Source: the human T2T-CHM13v2.0 reference genome, Homo sapiens. Taken from it: DNA of 64,000 bases. This document shows positions 19,615 to 33,391 of the stretch, in pieces (the first letter of the stretch is position 1; every line of letters begins with the position of its first letter). The notes beneath the pieces are model-generated. The model ran no database searches. It saw only the letters and a list, made by a program, of their open reading frames with translations, and was not told where the DNA came from. The stretch is taken from NCBI RefSeq assembly GCF_009914755.1, contig NC_060925.1; one strand, given 5' to 3'. The position numbers and the translations under genes were made by a program.

Positions 19615-20204
19615 CTATGCTCTTCCAAGTCAGGTAGAAGTTTCTGTATTAATTATCTGATATTGCATAAGAAATACCCTCTAAATGTAGTGAACTGAAA
19701 CGTTTATTGTCTCATAGTTTCTAAAGTTCACAAGAATCTAGGAAGAAGGGGGATAATTATCTTTGTCATATTGCTGAGACATAAAATAAAATGAGGATGG
19801 AGAATTGACCATTCGACCTATCAGCATGGAGCAGGCAGGTCATGAGAGGGACTGATTGTGTGGGACTCTTGATATTGAGATTATGGAGGAGGTTTAGTTA
19901 CTGGTAAGGAAAAGTTTCAGGCTGAGGTGAGATGATAGAAAAGACTTTCAGCTATTAGGAGGTCAAGGAACTGAGAGGCTGGGGAGATGCTTGTCTACCA
20001 TATCTGAAAGGGCCCAAAGATCAACAAGAGTAATGGTAAGGAGAGAAAGGGTCAGTTGTTAAAATATTCAGTGAATAAAGGCATCCTGGGAGATCCAGGA
20101 TGCCTAGCACAAAGGAGTTTTGAGTAGTACAGCCTGATGACATGTGCTTCACTTTATGTGTTTGTTTTGTTGTTGTTTTGTGGTTTTCTGGTGGGTTGAG
20201 GAGC

Positions 20205-21640
20205 TAAAGAAAGAGGGTAAGTTATCCGGAAGCAACAATGAAGAGGAAGAAGGGCATTTAATCTGTCACTTCAAGCTCTGTCAAATTAGGAATATGGAGG
20301 AAAAGCATGGTGTCAACACTTGAGAAAGGTGCTGGCATATTGCATATGGAAAGCAACTCTGCCAGTCATCAGCTTTGTGAGTTCTCTATGCCTCCTTTCA
20401 TCATCTTCTCAATAAGCACATCAATACCTAATTCATATTATTTTGTGAGGCTGAATTGGGATAATGTACATAAAAGTCTTAACACATTATTAGAGGCTCA
20501 TTTTGAACTTTGAAAACTTAGTAACACTTTCAATTAAGTATTAAAACACATTTCCCAAACTTAGTATTTGAATGTATGCTCCTTCTAAAAATGTTTTCAG
20601 AGCACAAAATATGTAATAATGTTATCTTTTATGTTGGTATCATTAGTACTTTGCCTAATGTCTCTTTTGATATTTCACATATATCTATAAAATGTCTATT
20701 CAGGATGAGAGGACATAAAATAAATTACATAGCATTTTGTATCTGTATAAAATAAATATGGTCTAAATAAGTATTGTCAGAATACTATGCAGCCATAAAA
20801 AAGATTGAGATTGTGTCCTTTGCAGCAACATGGATGGAGATGGAGTTCATTATCCTAAGCAAACTAACACAGGAACATAAATCCAAATACCACAAGTTCT
20901 CGCTTATAAGTTGGAGCTAAACATTTATTACATAGGGACACAAAGAAAGGAACAGCAGACACCAGGGCCTTCTTGAGGGTTGAGGGATGAGAGTGAGGGT
21001 TGAAAACTACCTATCAAGTACTATGCTGATTACCTGGGTGATGAAATCATTTATATACCAAATCCCTGTGACATGCAATCTACCTATATAATGCTTGCAC
21101 ATGTACCCCTGAACTTAAAAGTTGGAAAATAAATAAAAATAAATGTTGTCAGACCATGCTTTATTGACACCATATACTAAGCAAATGACTTAACTGTTTT
21201 TGTCTAGTGTTCATACTGTAAGAAAAAGCTAAATAAAGAGGATAAATGATTTGGAAGCAAAAAATAAGAATAAAGGGCATCAAATCTGTGACTCTGAGCT
21301 TTGTCACATCAGGAATATGGAGGAAAAGCGTGGTGTCACCACTAGAGCGAGGTGCTGTCATATCACATATGGAAAGCAACTTTGCCACTCCTCAGCTTTG
21401 TGAGCTCTCCATGCCTTATTCCATTGTCTTCTCATTGAGCACATCAATATCCAGTTTGTATAGTTTAGTGAGGCTGATATAAGATAATGTACATAAAAGT
21501 CTTAGCTCATTTTGAACATTGAAAATGTAACACTGTCAATTAATTATTTAATATCAAGATACCTTTCCCAAACATATGTAAATATATGCTCTTTCTAAAA
21601 ATGTTTTCAGAGCATAAAATTTGTTATAATGTGTAAATGT
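20205..21640. repeat. Diverged direct duplication of ~420 bp (copies ~20205-20625 and ~21228-21640)
   Basis: Collinear shared blocks GGAATATGGAGGAAAAGC, CATATGGAAAGCAACT, GATAATGTACATAAAAGTCTTA, TTCTAAAAATGTTTTCAGAGCA. Confidence 0.85.
20782..21136 (+). mobile_element. 5'-truncated L1 3' end (old L1PA/L1PB type)
   Basis: L1 3'UTR with A-tail; TSD-like AAATAAGTATTGTCAGA (20765-20781) and AAATAAATGTTGTCAGA (21137-21153). Confidence 0.85.
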
Positions 21641-21654
21641 GTGATCTTTTATTA

Positions 21655-23985
21655 AGGAATTTTTTTGCCAATCATTTACATATTCCGCAGTTTGAACAGA
21701 GGAGTGTAAAGCAATTCCAGCAGCCGCAGCAGTACCTGTGACTGTAATAAGGCCCATAATGACCGTTATAAGGGTAAAAATAAATCTTTTTGTTTTGGTA
21801 AACAGTCCCCTTAACATTTCTGTGACAATATGAATGGAAGGAGAGGCTCCCCAAGGTCTATTGAGGGAAACCGGTATCCAAACTCCTTCTCTAGCCCTCA
21901 CCAGCAACACAGATGTTTTTACACCAAATGTGCAATCAATACAGATGAAAAGGCAACAGTTTTGACAAGTAATGGTTTGAGAATTTGGTCGAATATTAAT
22001 ATTTCTGACAATTAACATTAAAGGAGGCTTGACACAACTCTGAATGGGTATTGTTTGGCTGGAACAAAACTGATACGTAAATTGATGTCTCCCACCTTCT
22101 CCATTAATATAATTTTTTTTTCCAAACCCGAATATGAGATTGGGCCATCATTAACTTTCATAATTCAGGATGTTTAGGGTCTATGATTGGATTACTCATT
22201 TTTGGATGTGGGTCGGCCATACCAAAATTGGTCCAAATTATGGGAAAATGAGCACGTTTTTCAGTGTAAATGGTGTCATCTCTTTGATAATATAGTTCTT
22301 GGTTTAGTCCTATCTTGCATCTATCATTCTGATTGGTACAATTAACTGCAAAGGTCCCCTTAGGGGCCCAATCAATGATGATTCCATAGGGATTATTTTG
22401 CAGTACCACAGTGTGATCAGTGATGCAATCCTTCCAAATCAATGTTTCTAAATCCTTTGACCATTATTGAGGTTGTTGACACCTCTCTTTTCTGGGCTTA
22501 AACTGTTCCAATTGAACCAAACTTTGTAAAATAAATGACAGGATACTGGTCTTTGATTATGACCTGGAATCTTAACTAGCCAATGTTGTCGGTAGCCTTT
22601 TAGGCAACAGATAGCCAGCCCTATGCAAACAGGGGGGAATTGATAACCCACGGACACATTTATTAACATTCCTTCCTCCTCTGGGTGAGAGGGCCCACGA
22701 GAATCTGTAGGCTCAGGCATCCAAACACTACTATGAACGTAAACCTCAACCGGGGTTTCCAACCATGTGACAGGCCTAATTAAAGGCAGGAATGGGACAT
22801 ATGCCCAATAGGCATAATTAGCTGCAGTTGCTCCTGCAGGCCTGGGGAGACTTACCACCGTTGACACAATCATCAAGGCTGCAAGCTGCATATTCTCTGG
22901 AGTTTGGATTACCCTTGTGTTCTTTAGGCTTTTTTCAGCTAACTGTGTCAGCTTCTTTAATTGTGCCCAAGTCGGCGGCTCCGCTTTCTTGGTGGATGAC
23001 AACTTTATCTGTAAGTTGTAGGTACCTAAACTGGAAGGTGTTTTTTTCCTGGGGAAATACAAGCAAAACCTCTCCCACATGTCATCACTTTCCGTGTTTC
23101 CCATGTTTTATTTTTATTATCTTTCTACCAAATCAGTTTTCCTTCATGTGGGCTGTTCCTTTTACCAGTTAGATGTTCTGCAGGGGTAATGGTCTGATTT
23201 CTATAAATGTTCAAAAAATTTAAAGTATAGAGTATTAGATTAAGTTGCATCTGGGGAGTGTTAATACTCCTTACTGTTTTTTCCTTTTTTTTTTTGTTTA
23301 ACCAATTGAGCTTTCAGTGTTCTATTAGTTCTTTAAATTATGGCCTGTCTTTGGGAATTATAGGGAATTCCTGTTTTATGTGTAATTTTTCACTGATTTA
23401 AGAATTTTTGAAAAGCTTTACTACAGTATCCTGGCCCATTGTCCATTTTAATTTTTTTTTTTTAACTCTCATGACAGCAAAACAAGATAATAAATGTCTT
23501 TTAACATGGGAAGTACTTTCTCCTCTCTGGCAGGTTGCCCATATGAAATGTGAATAAGTATCAACTGTCACATGGACAAATGACAATTTTCCAAATGAAG
23601 GTACATGCGTGACATCCATTTGCCATAACACATTAGGACTTAGACCTCTGGGATTAACTCCTGCCTCCTGAGTGGGCAGGTGTAGAATCTGACACCGGGT
23701 GCAATCTTGTACAATATTTTTTGGCTGTTTCCATGTGATATCAAATTTATTTTTAATCCTGCTGCATTTACATGAGTCAAGGCATGAAGTTCTTGTGCTT
23801 CCATGAATGCAGATGATACTAGCAAGTCAGCTTGTTCATTTGCTTTAGCCAAAGGCCATGGTAAATTAGGGTGTGCTCGAATATGAGTAATACAAAATGG
23901 GACATTTCTTTTTCTTACAGTTTGTTGTAACAAATTAAACAGCTCGTTTAACTGATAATCCATACTATATTTGAGTAGGGCTGTC
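21655..23985 (-). mobile_element. LTR-less HERV-K internal fragment (RNase H-integrase-env), probably HML-10/HERV-KC4; defective
   Basis: ORFs give RNase H (THIRAH...NEQAD), IN core ([26 protein letters not shown]), Env leader ([14 protein letters not shown]), SU ([16 protein letters not shown]) and cleavage site/fusion peptide (KTKR|[13 protein letters not shown]); frameshifts and stops; SU clearly diverged from HML-2. Confidence 0.88.
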
Positions 23986-24132
23986 ACATGGTTGGAACCT
24001 CCGGTTGAGGTTTATGTTAATAATAGTGTTTGGATGCCTGAGCCTACAGATACTTGTGGGCCTCTCACCCAGAGGAGGAAGGAATGTTAATAAATGTGTC
24101 CATGGGTTATCAGTTCCCTCCTGTTTGCATAG
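23981..24132 (+). mobile_element. Inverted second copy of the HERV-K env SU segment at 22621-22773
   Basis: Reverse complement aligns to 22621-22773 with about ten differences by eye; ORF 24054 encodes [23 protein letters not shown]. Confidence 0.9.
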
Positions 24133-24360
24133 TTCCCTTGGCTGCGGGCGGGAGGTCCCCGGCTTCTTGCACTTCCTGGGTGAAGCAACGCCCCACCCTG
24201 CTTCTGTTCGCCCTCAGTTGGTTGAACCCACTGCTTAACCGTCCCAATGAGATGAACTGGGTACCTCAGTTGGAAATGCAGAAATCACTTGCCTTCTGCG
24301 TGGGTTTCACGGTGCTGCAGACCGGTGCTGTTCCTATTCGGCCATCTTGGTCCCTCCCCT
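24133..24360 (-). mobile_element. L1 5'UTR first ~225 bp (L1PA7/8-like)
   Basis: Minus strand GGGAGGGACCAAGATGGCCGAATAGGAACAGC...; homologous to 6970-7180. Confidence 0.88.
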
Positions 24361-24999
24361 CAACTGGCACTCTTTAAATAATAAAAATCTTATGAGAATC
24401 ATCAAACCGTTTGCTGAATTTGATCCATTCTCTCATGAGTACTTGGAAAAATGGCAGTGTGTGAAAATAAATATGACAATTGTATCCAAAATAAATTATG
24501 AAGACTTAATTGAAATAGAAATAGGCACATAGAAAGTGAAATGTTAAATAAATAAAGCAGGTTCTAAAAACTACTTCCTTATTAGATTTTATACCAGATT
24601 GGATAAATACTGATCCTTGATTCTTACAAGCTAACACTATTACAAAAAATCTTGAAATATTTTTTCTAACTCAAATTATTTATCTGACTATATTCAACAA
24701 ATGAAACAAATTCTAGTTGATTGTAACATGCCATTGAACAGGATTTGTGGGATTAGTCTGACTCTGTGCTATGATAATATAGCTATTATGAAAAGTAAGG
24801 ATTAAAGATGTGTGCACTCTTTAAAAACATCACTAAATAAACAGAATGTGCTATATGGATCTTATTCTCTTTTATAAGGGAATAAGCTGACCTCATAGTA
24901 CTGAAAATGTTAAATACTAAGGTATTTTCAAGTTATATTTTCTTTTTGGATTCATCATGAAGAAGAGTGTATTATGCACACAGATCAATGTGCATTTTC

Positions 25000-25190
25000 T
25001 TAATTTTTATTCTTTATGGATACATAATAGTTGTATGCATTTATGGGTTACATGTGATATTTTGATACAAAAATAAAATATGCAATGATCAAATCAGGAT
25101 AATTGGGATATCCTTCACCTCAAGCATTTATCATTTCTTTGTGTTCGGAATATTCCAATTCCACTCTTTTAGTTTTTTGAAATATGGGTA
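25000..25190 (-). mobile_element. L1MA 3' end fragment
   Basis: tacataatagttgtatgcatttatgggttacatgtgatattttgatac...cacctcaagcatttatcatttctttg. Confidence 0.7.
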
Positions 25191-26559
25191 CAAAAATATA
25201 GTTAGAAGAAATAAGATTAATGTTGTTAAAAATAGTTTAAATGAAATGTCTACTTGTGATGACAAAGGGAAGGAAATACAAAATAAGTGGTAGGGGAGGG
25301 ATAGGATGAACGTCAATTCTGCCTTTGATTGAAGTTGCAGGAGCAAACTGTGGTATGTGCCACCAACTCCTGTGTATTAAGTTTTTTGTAGAACTGTAGC
25401 TGGTTATGAACTTGAGGACTTGGTAACAGACTGAATTTAATGTAGGGCAGGCACAGTGATCAGAGTGCTGAAGGGGTGAACTGTGTCAGATGCATCTGAT
25501 ACACTGACTCATCCTCTCAATATCTCCTCTCATCCCAGCTGTGACTGGAATGGAGAGTTCAAAGGAATTCAAGCTGATAGCATCTTGCTTTAGGACAGAT
25601 GTTTCTTGTCTTTCTGTTCAATCCTAAGGCCATTTCTATACAACGGACACTTTTTTTTTTCTGTATTAAGAGTCTGTTTATTTCAGTATTAAGGTAAAAG
25701 AACCTAGTTATAATAAGTGTTTTTCATATCTTTCTTCATCATTCTCACAACAAATATATGAGAAGAATGACGCTTAAAAGGTATGTAACTTTCTGAGGTG
25801 AGGCAACTAGTAGGTTGTAGAATTGGTTTTTGAATGCAGATTTCTCTCCTTCTTTCTCCACTGTTCTTTCTCACCCTTGTTTGCACTAGTGATCCTATCT
25901 TCTTTCTACAGCAGCAATATTTATTTTAACAAACCTACATAATTTATAGACCACGCTAATTTTTTTGTCTTTAAAGTAGTAACTTTGTGTGAATATTCCA
26001 ATAATATTATTTTTTATAAAAGAAATTTAGGGCACCCTTCAGCGTTTACCTTCAAAGGCAGGTTATGAGTCCTGGGAGAAGAGTTTTACTTCATATCTTG
26101 TCACATTGTATATGTCTAAAATTGATGGTGAATTGGTTACTGACAATTATCATAAAGTTTGGTAGTGGATAATTTAAAAAGATTCTTAATGGATAAAAGA
26201 TATGAGACATCTCCGTTGACTTTAGGGAAAAAAAAGTGTGTTAAGGGCTCTTAAGGCTATTTAAGAAAAAAGCTTGAAGTGTGATATCATAGCATTTCAG
26301 AACTGAAACAGATCTTTGTCTGTCTTCTTTTTTCAGCCCAAAGATACTTTTAAGTGGTTTAAAGATAACATACAGATTATCACATTAGAAACACAAAGTT
26401 ATTCAAGAAAATGTTCACCAAAAATATTTTTTTCTGTGTTTACACATTCATAAGACATTTAATTCCAAGAAGGAGATTTAATGTCTACCACTAGAGCTAA
26501 TGAAACAGTGAAGACAGATTTCTATTTAATCCCCTTGAACTAAAGAAAGCTATTTTTTG

Positions 26560-26830
26560 GTGTTTTCTTTCTTTTTACTTTAAGTTCTGGAATACATGTG
26601 CAGAACCTGCAGGTTTGTTACATAGGTATACATGTGCCATGGCAGTTTGCTGCACCTATCAAGTATTCCATGGTGTATACGTGCCACATTTTCTTTATCC
26701 AGTCTATCATTGATGGGCATTTGGGTTGGTTCCAAGTCCTTGCTATTGTAAATAGTGCTGCAATAAACGTATGTGTGTATGTGTCTTTATAGTAGATTGA
26801 TTTATAAACCTTTGGGTATATACCCAGTAA
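26560..26830 (-). mobile_element. L1PA 3' end fragment with an internal deletion
   Basis: ttttactttaagttctggaatacatgtgcagaacctgcaggtttgttacataggtatacatgtgcc joined directly to gtattccatggtgtat. Confidence 0.8.
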
Positions 26831-27046
26831 TCACAGAAACTTTTATTCATCAAGGACTTATTTTGAGAAATGAGATCAGCGAGATGATGAAATATATTTC
26901 AGGCTTCACTCTCTCCTTCAGAAATTTCAACTAGCGATTAACCATAGACTGGAAGATGTTTGTGAAAGTCCCAGTACAGTACTTGGAAACAAGCCTAAAA
27001 CACCTGAGGGTCCACAGAACTGAGTAAAACTGAATTAGAAGGGTAA

Positions 27047-27449
<403 letters not shown>

Positions 27450-28389
27450 TGGGTCCATGGTTTTTACAGAGGAAAAAGAAAATTGGAGGTGGTCTGTCAG
27501 CTTCCCTAGCATTCTGAGAGTCTTCCCAAGTTCACTCTGGTCTAACCACATGGAAAACACTGAGAGTAGCAGTCTTTGGTGGTACCTCTGTGTTCCTGCC
27601 AGCTGTGTTACCCAATTGGAGATATCAGCCACCAGCATAGCCCATGCATAAAGCTGAGCTGGTTGCTTTTAGAAGCACGGTGTGTAGTTCACAGTGACCA
27701 GCTTGCAGTCTTTGGTGGTACTTCTGTTTCTGCTAGCTGTGATGCCCAGTTGGAGATATCAGGAACCAGTGTAGCCCATGTAGAAAGCTGATCTGGTTGC
27801 TTTCAGAAGCCTGGTGGGACGTTCAAACTGGCTTGAGTCCCTAGATGGCTTGTCTTCAAGCCCATTATCAGAGCCGATCCCAAAGACCTGCCTAGGCAGG
27901 GAGACACCATCTTCTGTGCATTTTGGTGAAGAATAACAGCTAGTTTTGCTTAACTCAGGAGGACAAACAGTGGTTCCACTCAGCCAGAACGCCTTCCCCA
28001 TGGTCTCACCCAAGGGAAAAGATGCCCACCTTGCCTATTTAGGGGAAGCATGTGAGCTATTTTTAAATAAAACTATTAATAACAACTACAGCTAAAATAC
28101 ATTATCAAGGGATACGTATTACAAAATGATGAAAATTCTGACATCCAAAACAAAATGTGTGTATGGTGGGGTGAGTAAAGTTAGAGTTGTCGCATGAAAT
28201 CAAAGTTGTTATCAGCTTGAAATAGACTGTTATAAGTTAAATGTTTTATATTCATAGTAATCACAAAGCAAAAGTCTGTAATAGATGCACAAAACAAAAA
28301 CAAATGATTCAATACATACTACTACATAAATTCATGAAAACTCAAAGAAAGACAGCAATAGAGGAAGAAAGAAACAAAAAGTATTTCCA

Positions 28390-28992
<603 letters not shown>

Positions 28993-31900
28993 TATATTCA
29001 CTCAACATCAAAGCATCTAAATGTATAAAGCAAATATTAAATGATCTGAAGGTAGAGAAAGATTGCAATACAATAACAGTAGAGGACTTTAGTGCTCCGG
29101 TTTCAACAATGGACAAATCATCCAATCAGAAAATTAAGACTGAAACATTGGACTTGAATAATACTTCGGACCAAGTTAACTTAATAAACATATACAGAAT
29201 ATTCCACCTAACAGCAACATAACACATATTCTTCGCAATGACACATGGATCATCACTAAAATAGATCACACATTAGGCTACAAAACAAGTCCTAACAAAT
29301 TTAAGAAATTTTAATCATACCAAGTATCTTTTCTGACAATAATGGTATAAAACTAGAAGTCAATAACAGGAATAATTTCAGAAAATTCCCAAATACATAG
29401 AAATCAAACAACATGCTCCTGAACAACCAATGGGTCAATGATCAAATTAAAAGAGAAATTTAAAAATATCTTGAGACAAATAAAAATGGAAACACAACAT
29501 ATTAAAACTTATGGAATCCAGCAAAAATAGTTCTAACAGAAAAGTTTATAGAAACAGAAACCATATCAAAAAAAGATCTATAATAAACAACTCAATGTTA
29601 CTCCACCAGAAAGTAGAAAAAGCAGAATAAACTAAGCCCAATGTAAGCTGAAGGAATTAATAAAGACCAGGCAGAAATAAATAAAATAGAAACTAGAAAA
29701 GCAATATAAAAGATCAATAAAACTAAGAATTGGCTTTTTAAAAAGATAAAGAAAATCAACAAATATTTATCTATACTAAAAAGAAGAATCAAAATCACAA
29801 CGAAAGAAGAGACATTACAACCTATAGTACAGAAATACAAGGGATCAGAAAAGACTACCATGAACAACTACATGCCAAAAAAGTGGATAACCTAGGAGAA
29901 ATGGATACATTCCTAGACACATGCAACCTACAAATATTGAATTATGAAGAAACGGAAAACCTTAATAGACCAATAACATGTAAGGATATTGAATCAGTAA
30001 TAATAAGTCTCCCATCAAAGAAAAGCCCAGGATGTGCTGTCTTTAATGTTGCATTCTACCAAACGTTTAAAGAAGAAATAATACTACTTCTTCTCAAACT
30101 CTTCCAAAATATTGAAGGGAAGGGAATACTTTAAAACTCTTTTTACAAGTCCGGCATTACCCTGATACCAAAGTTGAACAAGGACATTACAAGAGAAGAA
30201 AATTATAGGCCAATATCCTTGATGAATACACATGCAAAAGTCCTCAACAAAATATAAACAAACCAAATTCAACAACACATTAAAAGTATCACTCAACATG
30301 ACCAAGTGGGATTTATCCCTGAGAAGTAAGATGGTTCCATATATGCAAAACAATAAATGTGATACATCTCATCAACACAACGAAAGACAAAAGCCATATG
30401 ATCATTTTATTAAATGCAGAAAAAGTATTTGATAAAATTCAGCATGCTTTCATAATGAAATTCTCAACAAAGTAGGTATAGAAATAATGTAACTCAATAC
30501 CATAAAGAACATATTAATATACCATAATCCTGTAGCTTACTTTATACTCAAGCATGAAAAATTGAAAGCCTTTTATCTAAAATCTTGCACAAAACAAGGA
30601 TGCTTATTCTCACCATTTGTATTCAACACAGTATTGGATGACCTTGCTAGAGCAATTAGGAAAGAGAAAGAAATAAAAAGCATCCAAATAGGAAAGAATA
30701 AAGTGAGATTTTTTCTGTTTGCTAATTATTCTATGTATGTATACCTAAAACTTCAGCAAGACACTATCAGAAGTAATAAATAAATACATTAAAGTTTCAG
30801 AATACAAAATCAACATCCGAGAATTAGGTAGAATTTCTATATATTATCATCAAACTATCTAAAAAAGAAACCAAGAAAATAATCTCACTTATGATAGCTA
30901 CAAAAATAAAATAAAATAAAATAAAATAAAACAAAATACTTAGAAATAAATTTAACAAAGGAGGTAAAAGACTTGTACACTAAAACCTTAAAAAATGTTG
31001 ATAAAAGAAATTGAAGAAGACATAAATAAATGGAAAAATATTCCATATTCATGGATTGGAAGAATATGGTTAAAATGTTCAGATTGCTACCCAAAGTGAT
31101 CTACAGGTTCATTGCAATTCTTATCAAAATTCCAATGTCTATTTCACAAAAATAGAAAAAAATCCTAAAATTTACGTTGAGTTACAGAAAACTCCCAAAT
31201 AGCCAAGGAAATCATGATCATAAGAAACAAATCTGGAGGTATCACACTACCTGACTGCAAACTATACTACAAAGCTATTGTTATTAAAACAGTATGGTAC
31301 TGGCCTAAAAATAGACACTTTGCTCAATGGAACAGAATAGAGGATCCAGAAGTGAACCCACCCATGTACAGTCAATTCATTTTCAACAAAGGTGCTAAGA
31401 ATACACAGTTGAAAAAGAATAGTCTCTTCAATGAAGAGTGTTGGGAAAGCTGAATATCCACACGCAGAGGAACAAAATTGGTCCCTTATCTCACACCATA
31501 TAACAATGAACTTAAAAAGGAGTAAAGACTTAAATATAAAACTTGAAATTGAAAAGTGACTAGAAGAAAACGTGGGACAAATGATATGACATTGATTAGA
31601 ACAATGATTTTTTTAATTTTACTCACAAAATTCAGGCAACAAAAACAAAAATAGACAAATAAGACTACATCAAACTAAAAGCTTCTATACATAAAGTGAA
31701 ACAACGAACAGGGTGAACAAACAACCTATGGATTGGGAGAAAATATTTGGAAAGCATGTATCTGGTAACATCTTAGTACCCAAAACATATAAGACAATCA
31801 AACAGCTCACTAGCAAGAAAACAAATAATCCAATTTTAAAAATGGGCAAGGAACCTAAATAGACATTTCTCAAATGAAGACATACATATGGCCAATAGAT

Positions 31901-33032
31901 ACATGAAATAATGCTCACCATCACTAATCATCAGAAAAATGCAAATCAAAACCACAATAAGATATCACCTCACACCTGTCAGAATGGTTATTATCAAAAA
32001 GATGAAAGATAACAATTGTTGGTGATGATATGGAGTAAAGGGAACCCTGATACACTATTGATGGGAATGTAAATTAGTACAGTCATTAAGAAAAACGATA
32101 TGGATGTTTCTAAAAAAATCAAAAAATAGAATTACCATATGGTGCAGCAATCCCACTTTTGAGTCTGTATCTAAAGAAATTGAAATCAGTACATTGAAGA
32201 GATGTCTGCACTTCCATGTTCATTGCAGCATTTATTCACAATAGCCAAGTTGTGGAATCTACCTAAGTGCCTCTCAACAGGTGGATGGATAAAGAAAATG
32301 TGGTATATATACACAATGGAATATTATCCAGCCTTAAAAACAAGTCATTTCTGCCATTTGAGACAACATGGATGGAACTGGCAAAATGAGCCAAGCGAAG
32401 ACTGACAAATACCACACATTCCCACCTGTATGTGGACTCTAAAACAACTGAATTAATAGAAGCAGAGAGTAGAATGGTAGTTACCAGAATGTGAGGGTGG
32501 GAGAAATGGAGAGATGATGGTTAAAGGATAAAGAATTTAATTTAGACAGGAGTAATTAGGTTTTGTGTGGTTTTTTTTTTGACATTTATTGCACTGCATG
32601 GTGAATATGGTCAATAATGGTATATTGCATATTTCAAACTTGCTAGGTGAGTAAATTTCAAATGTTCTTATCACAAAAATGACAAATATTTGAGGCGATG
32701 AGTATGTTTATTAATTTAATTATTCCACATCGTATTCATGAACATAACATTACTTAGCACTTTATAAATATATACAATCATACATTGTCAATTTACAATA
32801 AGTTTTCTTATTAAAAAAATTTAAAGTACTTATTTTAATGTCAGTTATGTACAATAGATTTTTTTTTAATAATGGCTAGAGAGTTGTTCTTATTTGTATT
32901 GAAATGTTTTCTGGATCATCCATTTAGTCCCATTGTCTGCTGATTTTTATTATACTCAGTGCCATACTTTAAAATGATTATAATTTACATTTTGTTGTGT
33001 TATCTGGTACTATAATTTTTTCCAATACATTG

Positions 33033-33391
33033 TGATATGGTTTGGCTCTGTGTCCCTGCCCAAATCTCATCTTGTAGCTCCCATAATTCCCATGTATTGT
33101 AGGAGGGACCTGGTGGGAGATGATTGAATAATGGGGGCAGGTCTTTCCCATGCTGTTCTTGTGACAGTAAATGGGTCTCATGAAATCTGATGGTTTTAAA
33201 AATGGGAGTTGCCCTGCACAAGTTCTCTCTTTGCCTGATGCCATCCATGTAAGATGTGATTTGCTCCTCCTTGCCTTCTGCCATGACTTCCCCAGCCACG
33301 TGGAATTGTAAGTCCAATTAAACCTCTTTCTTTTGTAAATTGCCCAGTCTTGGGTATGTCTTTATCAGCAGCATGGAAACAGACTAATACA
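33033..33391 (+). mobile_element. THE1 (MaLR) solo LTR
   Basis: TGATATGGTTTGGCTCTGTGTCCC...AGACTAATACA; 5-bp TSD CATTG at 33028-33032 and 33392-33396. Confidence 0.9.

Noticed and set aside
21554-23104. Possible co-opted (syncytin-like) envelope gene
   Set aside because: Env is in three frame fragments, lacks its native start and is truncated just after the fusion peptide
24532-24541. Isolated ISRE-like GAAAGTGAAA (similar lone motifs at ~17-27 and ~17827-17837)
   Set aside because: Single short motifs in AT-rich DNA are expected by chance and lack partner sites
27570-27820. Two ~135-bp tandem units
   Set aside because: Most simply internal repeats of an old L1 5' region
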